Shown here: piece after piece, positions 44,898 through 56,800 of the stretch | Numbering within the stretch: the first letter of the stretch is position 1 | Layout: each line of letters begins with the position of its first letter | From: a virus | Lineage: Duplodnaviria; Caudoviricetes | IMG/VR virus record: IMGVR_UViG_3300022921_001235 | Location: 1 to 61,620 of that record | Direction: 5' to 3' (one strand) | DNA: 61,620 nt | Translations under genes and position numbers: made by a program | The notes under the pieces: generated by a model | Databases searched by the model: none | Told to the model about the DNA's origin: nothing | Seen by the model: the letters and a program-made list of their open reading frames with translations, nothing else

Positions 44898-44926
44898 AAG
44901 CGTCTAAAACATTTAGGCGCTTTTTT
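44898..44926 (+). terminator. rho-independent terminator
   Basis: AAGCGTCTAAA/TTTAGGCGCTT stem followed by a U run. Confidence 0.7.
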
Positions 44927-44988
44927 CTTGACATAAATAGATTACTACGTTATAGTAGTAATACACATAGATACACAGGAGAAAAACT

Positions 44989-45282
44989 ATGAATGATATG
45001 ACAAAAAACTTTGAACAGTTTGCTGAAATGATGAAGGCAGCAATGCCACAAGTAAAAGCAAACAAAAACGGTTATGAACTACGCACAAAGGTGCTGGAGT
45101 TTGCACAAAACAACGTATGGCAAGACTATCACGCCAAACTTGGTCAGTTCGAAACTACTGTTACCAAAGACGGTGACGAGATTGTGACCACAATAGAAAT
45201 GCCAAATGTGCCAGGTGCTGAACAAGTGCTTGAAACTGCTAACAAGTTCTATGAGTTTGTAAGTGGCAATAAAAATAAATAA
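44989..45282 (+). CDS. hypothetical phage protein
   Basis: KNGYELRTKVLEFA...VLETANKFYEFV; SD AGGAG; TTGACA-17 nt-TATAGT at 44928-44956. Confidence 0.7.
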   Translation: MNDMTKNFEQFAEMMKAAMPQVKANKNGYELRTKVLEFAQNNVWQDYHAKLGQFETTVTKDGDEIVTTIEMPNVPGAEQVLETANKFYEFVSGNKNK

Positions 45283-45550
45283 TAATACAAGAGTATTTTA
45301 GCTAGTAGGGCATAGCCCTTTTAATAAGAACCTTTAACAAAGCCCCTCGTTTAGTTTCACTAGGCGGGGGGTAATCTTTAGCACGTATGCTGAAAAACAG
45401 TTATCAAATATTTTATTTTAACCATGTCATATGGGGCCGTATGACGTGTCGTTTGATGCCGTACGAAGCGGTGTAAGATTTAACACTAATATTTTGTTTG
45501 ACACAAAATATATAATATGTTATTCTAATACTAAATCAAAAGGAAGATGT

Positions 45551-45751
45551 ATGGATACTGTTAAAAATATATTTTATGAAGTTTACAAACAGATAGATGA
45601 GAAAACAGACCAGTGGGAACTGTGTTCAAGTCATCTTGATGAAACAGATGCCGAGCAATGGATTGTAAAACTTATTGATGAAAATCCTGACTACGAAGAC
45701 ATTAACTTTAGAATTGACGAGTGTGTCGAAGAAGTTGTAAAAAAAATCTAA
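45551..45751 (+). CDS. small acidic protein
   Basis: MDTVKNIF after SD AAGGA; TTGACA at 45498. Confidence 0.5.
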   Translation: MDTVKNIFYEVYKQIDEKTDQWELCSSHLDETDAEQWIVKLIDENPDYEDINFRIDECVEEVVKKI

Positions 45752-48700
45752 CCAATCCAGATTTGTTTTGGACCTGTTGATTCTACTGCACCAGTTATCT
45801 TTATTTCGTTACTGTCGCCTTTGAGTTTGAACTCAATGGTGTCGTTTGCATAAATCTGCTTGAACTTGGTGTAGTAATACTGATTGGTGGTGCCGCCTAC
45901 TTTCAACGGTGCTGTGGTGCGCCTACTCACACTCTGTGTGATATCATCAAATGCCGTGGTTTCAATAAACGCCTGTGGCTGGAAGTTGTAGACGATATCA
46001 ACATCGTCGCTTACGCCAAATCCTAGCACGCCTTCGTTGTCGATGTTGACTAGTATTTCACTGGATGCAGCAACAAATGTTACAAAGTTGACTTCATCTA
46101 TGTATTGTCTTGTGCTGCTCTGTGTTGCGGTGTCACCTGCTTCCAATGCAGGTGCTTCACTGTCAAAGTTGTATATGACATCTACATCATCTGTAGCACC
46201 AAATGTGTTGAACTCTACATACTCAAAGTTGAATATGTTTTCGCTGTCTGATGCACCAAGCAATCCAAACTCGGCAGTGTCGTCGTATGCAAACGTTTTG
46301 TTGACAACACTGATGCTGTCTATCACAGTTTCGATAGTATCTTGTGGTTGTGTGTAAGCAATGCTGTTGGTTGCATCAGTGTCTATGCTCAATGCAGGAT
46401 CGGCTGCAAAGTTTTGTGTGCTGCTTTGATCCGACAGCACAGAGAATAGGTTTGCTGTAACTGTGTCAAACACAAACACAATCTGTTGATCACTCACAAC
46501 CAGTGCACCAAGTGCAGCAACATCTTCTGTGTTGAATATCTGCACAATGGCTTCTTGTGCGGCAATCTCTAGTTCACCTATTGCATCTCTGTTGGTTGTA
46601 AATGCAGTTTCGTCTGCGGCTAGTTTGGCAAACACACCTGTGTCGGCATAATCATATGCAACACTTATGGTTCCGTCTTCTGCTATCTCCAGTGGTGCAG
46701 TTGACGATCTATTGATAGCAAATGTATGCGGGCTGTCCACTGCAACTTCCAGCGCACCTTGTGTGATTCTGCTTACACTTTGACTGAACTTATCGGTTGA
46801 AGTTATTTCTAGTCCAACATTATCTACAATATTTCTAATAATGTCGACATCAAATGCTGTTATTGCACGGAACACACCTGTATCTGCAAATTCAAATACC
46901 TGTTGAATACTATCTTGTGCAGCAACTTCTAATGCAGTAGTGTTTACAAACGTTGTCGTTGATGCAGTTTGGTCTTGTGCAGCAAGTTCAAGTGTTATGC
47001 TGTCTTGGAAGTTGTAAACTATATCTTCATCAACAACAGACAGTTTTACAAACACTGCACTATCTGCATATGCAAATGTATTTGCTATATTATCTGAACC
47101 TGTTATGATTAGCGGTGTTGTATCTACAGTACCACTAGTGACTTCTATGCTAGTTGCACTGCCTTTGATAAACGATCCGCTGTCTACTATATCATAAATG
47201 AATGAAACAGTGTCAGCATCGCTGATTTCTAATGCACCAGGATGATTGTATACCAGTGTCTGCGCTAGAACATCAGCAACAGTGATTTCTAGTTCACCAA
47301 GATTGTGAACCAAGTCGTTGTATCCAAATACATTGCTGACTGTGCTTGCATCGCCAATCTCAAGTTCTACATCACCTACAGCAGGATCATAAGATCTAAC
47401 AGTTGCATCATCGGCAGTGATTTCTAGTTCACCAAGATTGTGAACCAAGTCGTTGTATCCAAATACATTGCTGACTGTGCTTGCATCGCCAATCTCAAGT
47501 GTGCCAAGATTATGTTCGTAATCCAAATAGTTATACAATATTTGGAAACTATCTGCATCGCTGATAACCAACGGTGTTGTGTCAATGCTGCCCAATGTTA
47601 CAACTATACCAGTGGCGCTACCTTTGATAAAGTTGCCACTTGTCTCATAATCGTAAATCACTGAACTTATATGCGTTTCGCCTATTTCTAGTGCTGCACT
47701 TTGATCTGGAACATTGTAACTTGTCAAATGCTGTTGTTGTGCTTCGATGTCAAGTGATAGAGTTTGTTCCGGAATCAGTATAGTTTGTTTTACATCAACA
47801 TCGGCACCAATGTGGAAATCTCTGCTTATGCTTGCTGACCATAGCAGCATTTCATTGTTGTTGGCAGGATCGCCGTTGTAATATCTTATTTCGTCAAACT
47901 CGAACCCTAAACTTGTAAGATTGTAAGACTGATTGTCAAATGTAGCTGTAGCAATAGCTAATCCTCTAGGATTGGTGTCAATGACTATTGCTTGATTGCC
48001 GTTGAGAACAGATGCTTGAACACGCAGAGTTGCATAGTTGTAATAGTTTCTTGTGTTTAGTATGGTTTGATTTACAAACGAATGTCTTACAGCGTGTTGA
48101 ACAACACCTTGCTTCCAAAATGTAATATATGATTCGTTACTGGGCAAATCATATCCAGTAAATGCTATTCGATCATTCAACACAGATACAATCTCGTTGT
48201 AGATATTGCTATCAGTTGTATCAAACTCTATCACATAATCACTGATAGTAGATCCGATATTTGCATATGCACCGGTTACTGTAAATGTTGTAGACGGATT
48301 CTCTGGTTGCACAGGTTGATAAATCACATCTATATCTTCTACGACTCCAATCTCAACACTAACCGTATCTATGCCAAAATTGATGGTAGTGCTGGTACGA
48401 GTGTTGTCTCCTGATATAACAGTTTCTAATGTTTGATCTGGTACAACAACCACTCTATTTTCAACAGAGGTTGCACCGACAATCAACGGCGTAACTTCAA
48501 TAGTTGCACTAATACCTATTATATCTGTAGCAGTTGTAACAGCAAACAATCCTGTATCGTTATAGACAAACGTTTTACCAACACTGTCAGCAGCAGTGAT
48601 TTCAAAGTTGGTTGTTGCTGTTCTTGGATAAACTGCAAACACAATATCGTTTGCATCAACTTCAACTGTAACTGTAGTGTCAAACTCAAACTCTTGTCGA

Positions 48701-50814
48701 TTGGTGTCAAGACTGCCTACTGCATTTATTGTCAAAGGAATGATATCAGTAAAGTCAAAGAACGAAGCAAGTGCACCTGCAATCTGTTGTTCTTCAGATA
48801 TAGCACTGTAGCTGATTGGTCCGATTGGTAAGCCTGCACCAGTGAGTGTTTGATAAGCAATACTGTTTTCAAACTTGTATTCTACCGAACTTGCTGCAAG
48901 TGTTTTGAACGGAATATTTTCTACATCAACTTCTAGAGATGGACGGAAATATGGATATTCAAGTTTGCCATCGCTGTCTCTAACAACACCAGGACCGTCA
49001 TTCCAATCAACTCCGATTGCAAGTGTAGTTGTATCTACAATAACTGCAATGTTTGCAAATGCATCATTGTCGCTTACGATCAGTTCGCCGATGCTTGGTT
49101 GATAATCCATTACACCTTCGTATTGTAGTGTGCCTATGGCATTTACACCAATAGGTGATATAGGCAAACCGGCATATCGTTCTAATCTATCAATACCATC
49201 ACTGGCAAAGAAATATGCTGTATCATTGCCTCCTACTAATACATCAACAACATATCCTGATACTCCTGCTAGTGCTGGATTATCTTGTGCTGGTGTATTA
49301 CCATCGCCAAATATACTGTTAATAGTTGCCAATGAAGGCTTACTAATAACTGGTACAATGTATGAGTTAAAGAGTGCATATCCTAATGGAAGATTTGTTT
49401 GTATTTGTGATGATGTACGAACAGTATCTGTCCACTCAGGAGCAAGACTGTCACCGTCCCATAGTCCTGTATATTCAAACATAGAGAAGTTTAGTAGGTA
49501 TAAATATTCTTTTGCAGCTACTTCAAATGCATCACTGTCTGTTTTAAAGTTGGCGCCACCATACCCTGACGGATCCCAGAACCCACCGTCATATGCTTCC
49601 ACCATTGCTGCATATAGTGGACCAGTTGCCCAGTCTGCACTAATAAATGGATACATTTTTAATGATACTGCATCAAGTCCGTGCATATGTAATGTATGGA
49701 ATACGTGTTCGATTACTTCTTGTGCATCAATTTCGCCATCGCCGTAGCCATCGCCTGTTGAATTCAAATACCAAACCATATCGTTAGCAACGTGCGTGTC
49801 AAATAATGGTGACAAGTTATAAGAAGCAATACCTGCATCTGTTAAGAAGTTTGGAGTGTAGTCACTGCCTGCGCCTCTTGCTACTCGTTGCAGTGTTGGT
49901 CCTTGGGCTGCGTGATATGTTCCTGCGTCACCTCTAAGTGTTTTAATAACATTTCGTTGTGCAGTTTTATTAATGCCTGCGGCATCTTTGTCTAAGAACA
50001 GTTCAAACATACGTGCTACTTTTTCTAACCACGCATCTGGTACTGCTGTTTGTCCACCTACTGTGCCTGCGGCAACAATCCTTACGCCATTTACAGTAAC
50101 TTCACGCTTGAAGAAGTCGCTGCCGTTGCCAGTAACATTACTGATTGCACCGTTATTGTATTCTGGATCAGCTTCTGCTGCGCCTCCTAGTGCACCAAAT
50201 GTCAGTTCAGTAACATAGCTACGTTCAACTTCGAGTACTGGTCTAAAGTGTGGATATTCCAGTTTGCCATCGCTGATTCTAACAACACCTGGTCCTTGAT
50301 TGTCAGTAGCACTGATCTCCAATGCACCTTGTGTGATACGACTTGTAGATTTAATAGTGTTGTCATTAGCACCAATACTTAATTCTACTAATCCTGGAAC
50401 AAAGTTTTGCGGACCAATATATTGTATTTCGCCAACTGCATTTACACTAATTGGACCAATCGGCAACCCTGGATAATCATCTTGGAACTCAAGTATAAGT
50501 CCATTAAACTCGTAGATAGAATCAAAATCACCGTATGTAAATGTTGCAGTATCATTGATAGAAGATATGTTGACAACAGAGGTAGACGCTGATACAAACA
50601 CAACACCAGTGTCTTCAACTACTGCTCTAACAGCAGGTCGAAAATGATCATACACAAGCGCACCATCGGTTTGTCTTGTGGTTCCTTCGCTTTGATTGTC
50701 AGTAGCGGATAGTTCTAGCCCAACAACTTCAAAATCAAATATATATTGACCTTGGTTAACGCTGTTGTCGCCAATAGCGGATTCGGCAACCGTGTTTTCA
50801 CTGATAGTAGACAC
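45748..50814 (-). CDS. 1688-aa repetitive acidic virion/fibre protein with an inserted globular domain
   Basis: Many LEI-x-A-x-D repeats; three GLPIGPI-type units; located in the structural gene block. Confidence 0.75.
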   Translation of the reverse strand: MSTISENTVAESAIGDNSVNQGQYIFDFEVVGLELSATDNQSEGTTRQTDGALVYDHFRPAVRAVVEDTGVVFVSASTSVVNISSINDTATFTYGDFDSIYEFNGLILEFQDDYPGLPIGPISVNAVGEIQYIGPQNFVPGLVELSIGANDNTIKSTSRITQGALEISATDNQGPGVVRISDGKLEYPHFRPVLEVERSYVTELTFGALGGAAEADPEYNNGAISNVTGNGSDFFKREVTVNGVRIVAAGTVGGQTAVPDAWLEKVARMFELFLDKDAAGINKTAQRNVIKTLRGDAGTYHAAQGPTLQRVARGAGSDYTPNFLTDAGIASYNLSPLFDTHVANDMVWYLNSTGDGYGDGEIDAQEVIEHVFHTLHMHGLDAVSLKMYPFISADWATGPLYAAMVEAYDGGFWDPSGYGGANFKTDSDAFEVAAKEYLYLLNFSMFEYTGLWDGDSLAPEWTDTVRTSSQIQTNLPLGYALFNSYIVPVISKPSLATINSIFGDGNTPAQDNPALAGVSGYVVDVLVGGNDTAYFFASDGIDRLERYAGLPISPIGVNAIGTLQYEGVMDYQPSIGELIVSDNDAFANIAVIVDTTTLAIGVDWNDGPGVVRDSDGKLEYPYFRPSLEVDVENIPFKTLAASSVEYKFENSIAYQTLTGAGLPIGPISYSAISEEQQIAGALASFFDFTDIIPLTINAVGSLDTNRQEFEFDTTVTVEVDANDIVFAVYPRTATTNFEITAADSVGKTFVYNDTGLFAVTTATDIIGISATIEVTPLIVGATSVENRVVVVPDQTLETVISGDNTRTSTTINFGIDTVSVEIGVVEDIDVIYQPVQPENPSTTFTVTGAYANIGSTISDYVIEFDTTDSNIYNEIVSVLNDRIAFTGYDLPSNESYITFWKQGVVQHAVRHSFVNQTILNTRNYYNYATLRVQASVLNGNQAIVIDTNPRGLAIATATFDNQSYNLTSLGFEFDEIRYYNGDPANNNEMLLWSASISRDFHIGADVDVKQTILIPEQTLSLDIEAQQQHLTSYNVPDQSAALEIGETHISSVIYDYETSGNFIKGSATGIVVTLGSIDTTPLVISDADSFQILYNYLDYEHNLGTLEIGDASTVSNVFGYNDLVHNLGELEITADDATVRSYDPAVGDVELEIGDASTVSNVFGYNDLVHNLGELEITVADVLAQTLVYNHPGALEISDADTVSFIYDIVDSGSFIKGSATSIEVTSGTVDTTPLIITGSDNIANTFAYADSAVFVKLSVVDEDIVYNFQDSITLELAAQDQTASTTTFVNTTALEVAAQDSIQQVFEFADTGVFRAITAFDVDIIRNIVDNVGLEITSTDKFSQSVSRITQGALEVAVDSPHTFAINRSSTAPLEIAEDGTISVAYDYADTGVFAKLAADETAFTTNRDAIGELEIAAQEAIVQIFNTEDVAALGALVVSDQQIVFVFDTVTANLFSVLSDQSSTQNFAADPALSIDTDATNSIAYTQPQDTIETVIDSISVVNKTFAYDDTAEFGLLGASDSENIFNFEYVEFNTFGATDDVDVIYNFDSEAPALEAGDTATQSSTRQYIDEVNFVTFVAASSEILVNIDNEGVLGFGVSDDVDIVYNFQPQAFIETTAFDDITQSVSRRTTAPLKVGGTTNQYYYTKFKQIYANDTIEFKLKGDSNEIKITGAVESTGPKQIWIG
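47280..47500. repeat. 86-bp perfect direct repeat, 135-bp period
   Basis: 47280-47365 is identical to 47415-47500 (LEIGDASTVSNVFGYNDLVHNLGELEIT twice). Confidence 0.9.
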
Positions 50815-50835
50815 AGTTGCCTTCCCCCTTTGTTT

Positions 50836-53800
50836 TTATGCTTGCGATTCGCTCCATGTAATACGCCCACTTGCTTCAAACGGACTTCCAGCATTGATAT
50901 CCGAAGTATCAATAACTCTAACTGAAATAGTCAACAAGTCAGGACCATTTGGAAAAACACCATCACCGCCTAGTATACTATTACCCAAGTCGGTGATATC
51001 TGTTAGATCAAAATCAGTAGCATTACTCAAACGTGCTCCATTTGTTTCAGTACCGCCTGAAGCTCTAAATTCAAATATCGGAGTACCGCCAGTGATAGTG
51101 TCTGATTTGTCATGCACAACAAGATTACTCAAACTAGGTGATTGAACTTTCTGGAAGTTAATATTACTCAAACTACTGTTTAGAATCAATCTTACATTAC
51201 AATCATGTGTTAAAACAAGACCAATCTGTTTAAGTTGTAGTTGCATTCTGTTTATAATATCGCGTTCGCCCATATTACCAGTAATGCCGTTGTCAACACT
51301 TGGTGCAAGTCTAATACTGATCAACGGAATATCACCCAACAATGTTTGTTCATCACTGCCACCTGATGCAGGAGCACCAATACTTACGACTGTGCTTGTG
51401 TTAACACTAGGGTAGATACTAGGTGTATTCCATTGTCTTGCAATAAAGATACGCACAACCAGTGAGCTTCCACTAAAGTATGTGCTGTTCACTGTTTCGC
51501 CATTAAGCGATCCGTCTGTTGTATACAACGGAGTTCCTATACTAAACTTACTTGCATCGTTAGAATTAAAGAAAAGTTCTACAAACCATTCTCTTGTTCT
51601 ATAGGTATAACTGTATCTTCCAACTAACCCTGAAGCACTATTAGTTGTAGCACTTAAACTTTGACCGTTTGTGAATGATAATGTGTTGCTTGACGCTGTG
51701 AACAAATATGCTTTGTCGTCATCGAACGTACCATCCATAATAACCGAAGTACCCCAGTGGAACAATCTCGGTTGATAAGTTGTTATTCCTGTGTTTTCAA
51801 CTTCGTATCTTGCAGGAATATTACCTGATCTCATATAGGCTTCAGTTTCTCTGTTGTTGTGCAACATTTCATGACAGTATATAACATGTCCGTAAGTGTC
51901 TTTGAATCCAAAGCGTATCTTACCAGCACCATACCAACTATAGTCCATATATGCCATTTGTATTTTTGTAATGTCAAGATTAAAGTTGCTAGGCCCTGTG
52001 CCGTCTGCAACATCCATATTCCATTCTTCCTGCGGAATCTTAAGATCAACAGTTTTAGTAATAATAATACCGTCAGTATTCGAACCTTTATATCGAGGTT
52101 GAATAGTGATAGTGTCTTTGGCGTTAATACCAGTTACTTTATAACTTTGACCTCTCAAAACTATCATGTCTCCAACATCTAACTGTCCTTCAAATTCAGT
52201 ATTCTTGCCTGTTATAATGTTTGATTGGAATGTAGCATTTGCTGTACCACTTAACTGTAGTGTGCTGTTTCTACGCACTGCATAGATTGTATTGCCATCG
52301 TATTCATAAAAGAATCCGTTTTGGAAATCATACAATCCACAACGCACTGAACTATTTTCCCATTTAGTAGGACGGAACTGCACAACTCCACTCGGATTGA
52401 ATGTAGGCGGTGTTCCTGGCAAACTATATTGGAATGTAAAGTCATCAATATAAGTTGTAACAGTAAAGTCTCCGTTGAAGTAAGAACTGTTACAATCACT
52501 TATGTTGACAATCTGTCCTGCCTTAATATAGTTTGGATATTTGGTCTGTATGCGAGTTGCGTAACTCACAATCAATGTACTCATATTGGATTCAATATCA
52601 CCGGCAGCATCTTGAAGTTCACCGTTTGCCCAAGTAATACTTGGTTTGGTCTTTGTGTGAGTGCCAGTAAACTCAACAGCAGATGTACCATAAGTTACAC
52701 CGTCAATTACAATCTGCAATAGGTTTACAACTTCTGTGCCTTCGCTTGCGCCTGCTGGCGTACCGCTAGTATCTTGTGTTTCTGTGCAACCTGCTGTTAC
52801 TGTAACAGCATTTTCTTGCACAATATCACCAATGATGGCTTTGAATCTATTCAATACAGCAAGTGACTCGGATGTGTTCTTTCCATATACTTTTGTGTTG
52901 GTTACATACATAATCAATGTTGCCATTTGGTAACTTGCAAAGTTACCGCCGTAACTCATATCATATGCAATCGCATATGTTAGCATCTCCATGTCGTCCA
53001 ACAGTGTTGTTGTATCCCAAGTGGTATTTGGATACGTAACATCTATAAAGGCTTTTAATTCTGCCTGTATAAATGCTTGGTTTGCAACCAACTGATCTCT
53101 TGCTGCTAGTTGTCCACTGGTTCTGCCCGAACTTGGATCTGTATAAACAGGAACATTTGCTGCTAATGCGCTGTTGTCAATGATATCAAGAATTTCTGTA
53201 AAATATGTTTCAACTCTTGCTTCTGCTGTTGTGCTATCGTCAACTTGTGGCAATGCAAGTATATCATTTTTTACTTTAGTTATACGTTTATTTACTACTG
53301 GATTTAGATATAAACTTCTTAACTCCGCTAATCCGTGGAAATATGCTTGATAAGTTCCACCTAATGCTGTTTCAAGAGCAGCACCCTGTGCAATATAACC
53401 GATGTCTCTTTGACATTTTTCGTCAGCAACAACGCTGATTTTTTCTACTAGCAACGGTGGATTAAAGTTGATAGCCAAACTAATTTGAATACCTTTACCT
53501 GACTGATAACGGAAGTACTTACGTGTTTGACGCACAATCTGCGATCCTGGAGCACTACCAGCAATAATTTCAACACCACCGTCAAACGGTCTGTGTGTGC
53601 TTGCACCATCCGGTCTAGTATAGATCTTGGTTGGAACCAAGTGTACAGCTGATGCACTTGTAAATCCTACTGGGGCTGTGAGATTGATAGTGCTATCATC
53701 TACTACACTTGCAATAGTATAAGTTGTCAACTTACCTGGGGTGGTACTTGGATCTTTTAATATAAAATCATCACCGGCCTTGTAGTAAGTTAAGAAAATA

Positions 53801-56800
53801 CTGTCTTCACCGCCGTCTACAAGTTTGCTACCAGTTGTAACAGAGATACTAGGAGTAATAGGAACCATACCGTTTACAGTAGTACTGGTGATTATATGTT
53901 CTGAAGAAGGGATTGTAGTCCAATCCATTGCCATATAAACTCCGTCTCGACGATTGTCTTCACTGTCGCTTAACTGTAAGTATTTGTCGTCGATTACAGT
54001 CACATAGTAGGTTTGTCCTTCAAAAAATCCGTCCCAAACAGCATTGTTATTCGAACTGTAGGTTATTGGAGTACCGTCTGCAAAGTTATGTCCTAGTGCA
54101 ACATAAATGTGGTCATTGTCTGTTTGTGATGCTTGAGAAACTGTGATGGTTTTTGCACCGGCTTTGAAGTTGGTTTGAAAATTCATCGAAGTTTCTGTTG
54201 GAACATCGGACACTGTATAAACACCGTCAAGAGTTCCGATTTGATTACTAATGTCAAGGAATGTAAATGCTGCTGGATTGCTTGTAACAACAACATTTCC
54301 AAGCATTTGTCCGGCATGGTTTTGACATACATAATAATACGTGTCTTCACTGAAATCCTCTGGTACAGTCCATATCAATGTACCATTTTCTGTGCCGTTG
54401 TTTGTGATTCCTTCATCAGTTCCTAACGTGTTTGAAGCGTCATATCCTGCTGTTGCCGGATCAGTTGACTGAATCCAGAAAGGATGTCCTGCGGCTGCAA
54501 TTGTAAATGTGTACGTGAAACCTGGTTTCACATAGAGTGTAGGATTTGGATCGCCATCAATGGTGTATGCAGTTGTTGCATTATTGTTTACTGTAAACGC
54601 AGTATCGCCTGCTTGGCCTGCGATTCCAGCACCGGTTAAGTTAACAGGAACACCTCCGGTACTTTTTAATCTAAATCTATTTTCATCAATCACTTGTGTC
54701 TTGTAGTTTCCGCCGACTTCCAATGTAGGATATTTAAAGCCGTCAACCAATGTATCCATAACATAAGCATCTAGGTTTTGCAACATTGTAGCATCGATAG
54801 TGATAGCATCAGGTATACGCATAAACACTGTATAATCTAGATGATTGTATCCGTTGCTGTTGAAATATGCATAAGCAGGCGAGTTGTCTCTACTATAAGC
54901 CATACTATAAAAGTTATAACTATCCCAATCATCTTTCTTGATAGAGATTTGATATTGCAGAATACAATCTCTACCAGTTGCATTAGCATATTGTGCAACT
55001 CTTGCAAAGCGCCAGTCTGTAACGGTACCGGTGGCGGTTCCATTGACTCCTACAGTTGTCCAAACAGTTGGATTTGTCTGGTTACCAAATCGTTGATCGA
55101 TAGTATAAGAATTAGTGATTGAGAATCTTGCTTCAAAGTTGCTGTATCCATATCTGTTCAGTGGTTGTTTGTTCGCCACACTCCAAAATGGAATCTCACT
55201 GTCTTGCACAAATGGTGTCATAATCATTGCATGACCTTGTCCTGATACAGGGCGACCTTGAGCAACATCTTCAACTTCTCCGGTATCGTATGCACCTGTG
55301 TTCCAATCGCCGCCTTGTATTGTCCAACTACTCCAGGTATTGTCATACTGGTACAAGTACATATTAAAACCTTGAGACATTGTACTATTAGACGAAGATC
55401 CAGTACCATATCTAAATGGCGAGTTGCGACTGGTGCCGTCCATGATCATGTTTGATCTACTTGAAAGACTATTAAGGAATGCATCCACTCCACTGTCACA
55501 AACACTCCTAAATATTTCTAAGTCTGTGTTAGAACTAGTGAAATTTATGTTTCCCGATGAAGCTGTTGGGAAACGTGCACCAAATTCTAATCCGGCTGTG
55601 ACAACGTTGTTTTCTGCAAGACCGTGACTTTCAATGTAAAACGAATCTCTTGTAGGACGTTGTCTAATACCAGTTACAGTATACGTTCCTGTTGCTGATG
55701 CAATACGTATTGATGTGCTGCCATTTTTGAGTCTAAATCTATTTTTGTCAACAACCTCAACAATATATGTCCCAGCATTCAGTGTGCTAGGTGTATAGTT
55801 GGTGCTGTAGTTACCAACGCCATGTGTATAGTAATAAAGAGGATTGCCTGTGTAACTAAAGTTCACGCTTTGCCCATCGACAAAACCGTGATTTTCTTCG
55901 TAGAAACTATCTTTTTCGCTGTTGTCATTGACCGGAACAAAGAAAAAGTCACCTCTGCCAAAAGTCCAAGTGCCGCTATAATAGTATGACCCATTGTTGG
56001 ACCAGGTCATTGAGCCTGTCGATTGCCACTGTAAATAACTGCTGGATGCTGGGGAATCAAAGTTTGGAACACTGCTAAATCTATTAAAATCTTCTACAAA
56101 GTTAAAAGAATGTGGATATGTGCTGTGATTGTCTGCTAAACGCATGTCGTTGTCATAAGACTGACCCCAGTAAACACCGTATTGATTAAATCCGTAATAC
56201 GGGTAGTTTCTCCAGCTTGTACTTGTGCTGCTTTTTCTAGCATGAACTGGAATCGTAAAGTCTGGTCTTGAGCCTATTTTACCATATGAGCTTTGAGCAA
56301 GGTCCCAACCGGAGTTGTTTGTTGACCCACCAAATGCCTGTCCTCTAGTGGTCCAATAGGTGTTGTAGGTATAGTATTGACTTCTCATACTATATATTTC
56401 ATAAGCCAGCATCATAACACCTTGCCCATGATCATAAGTTCCTGCACTTGAAAATCCTATTGCTGGTCCGGTTGGAGTTGATTTTAACTTGAATGTATTT
56501 TCAGTTTGTTCAGTTATCCAGTAAAAATCCAAACTGTTCAATCCACCAATAGGTGTATCTGTACCTGCTGGTTTTAAATAAAGTATTACATCATTTTCTC
56601 TAAAACCGTGATTATTCCAGGTTATTGTACTGCTGCCAGTGTCAACTGCGTTTGCATCAAAGCGCAACTCATAGGCACCTTTGACTGCTCTTGTGTCTGT
56701 TAAACTGTTGTCGATTGTGATATTTGCAGTTTCTGTATCTACAATATCAACAATTGGAAATCCGTCTGCTGCTGTGTTAGTTGATATGCTATCTAGCACC

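Noticed and set aside
47280-47500. DGR template/variable repeat pair
   Set aside because: The copies are identical with no adenine-specific mismatches, both are in frame, and no reverse transcriptase is in the window
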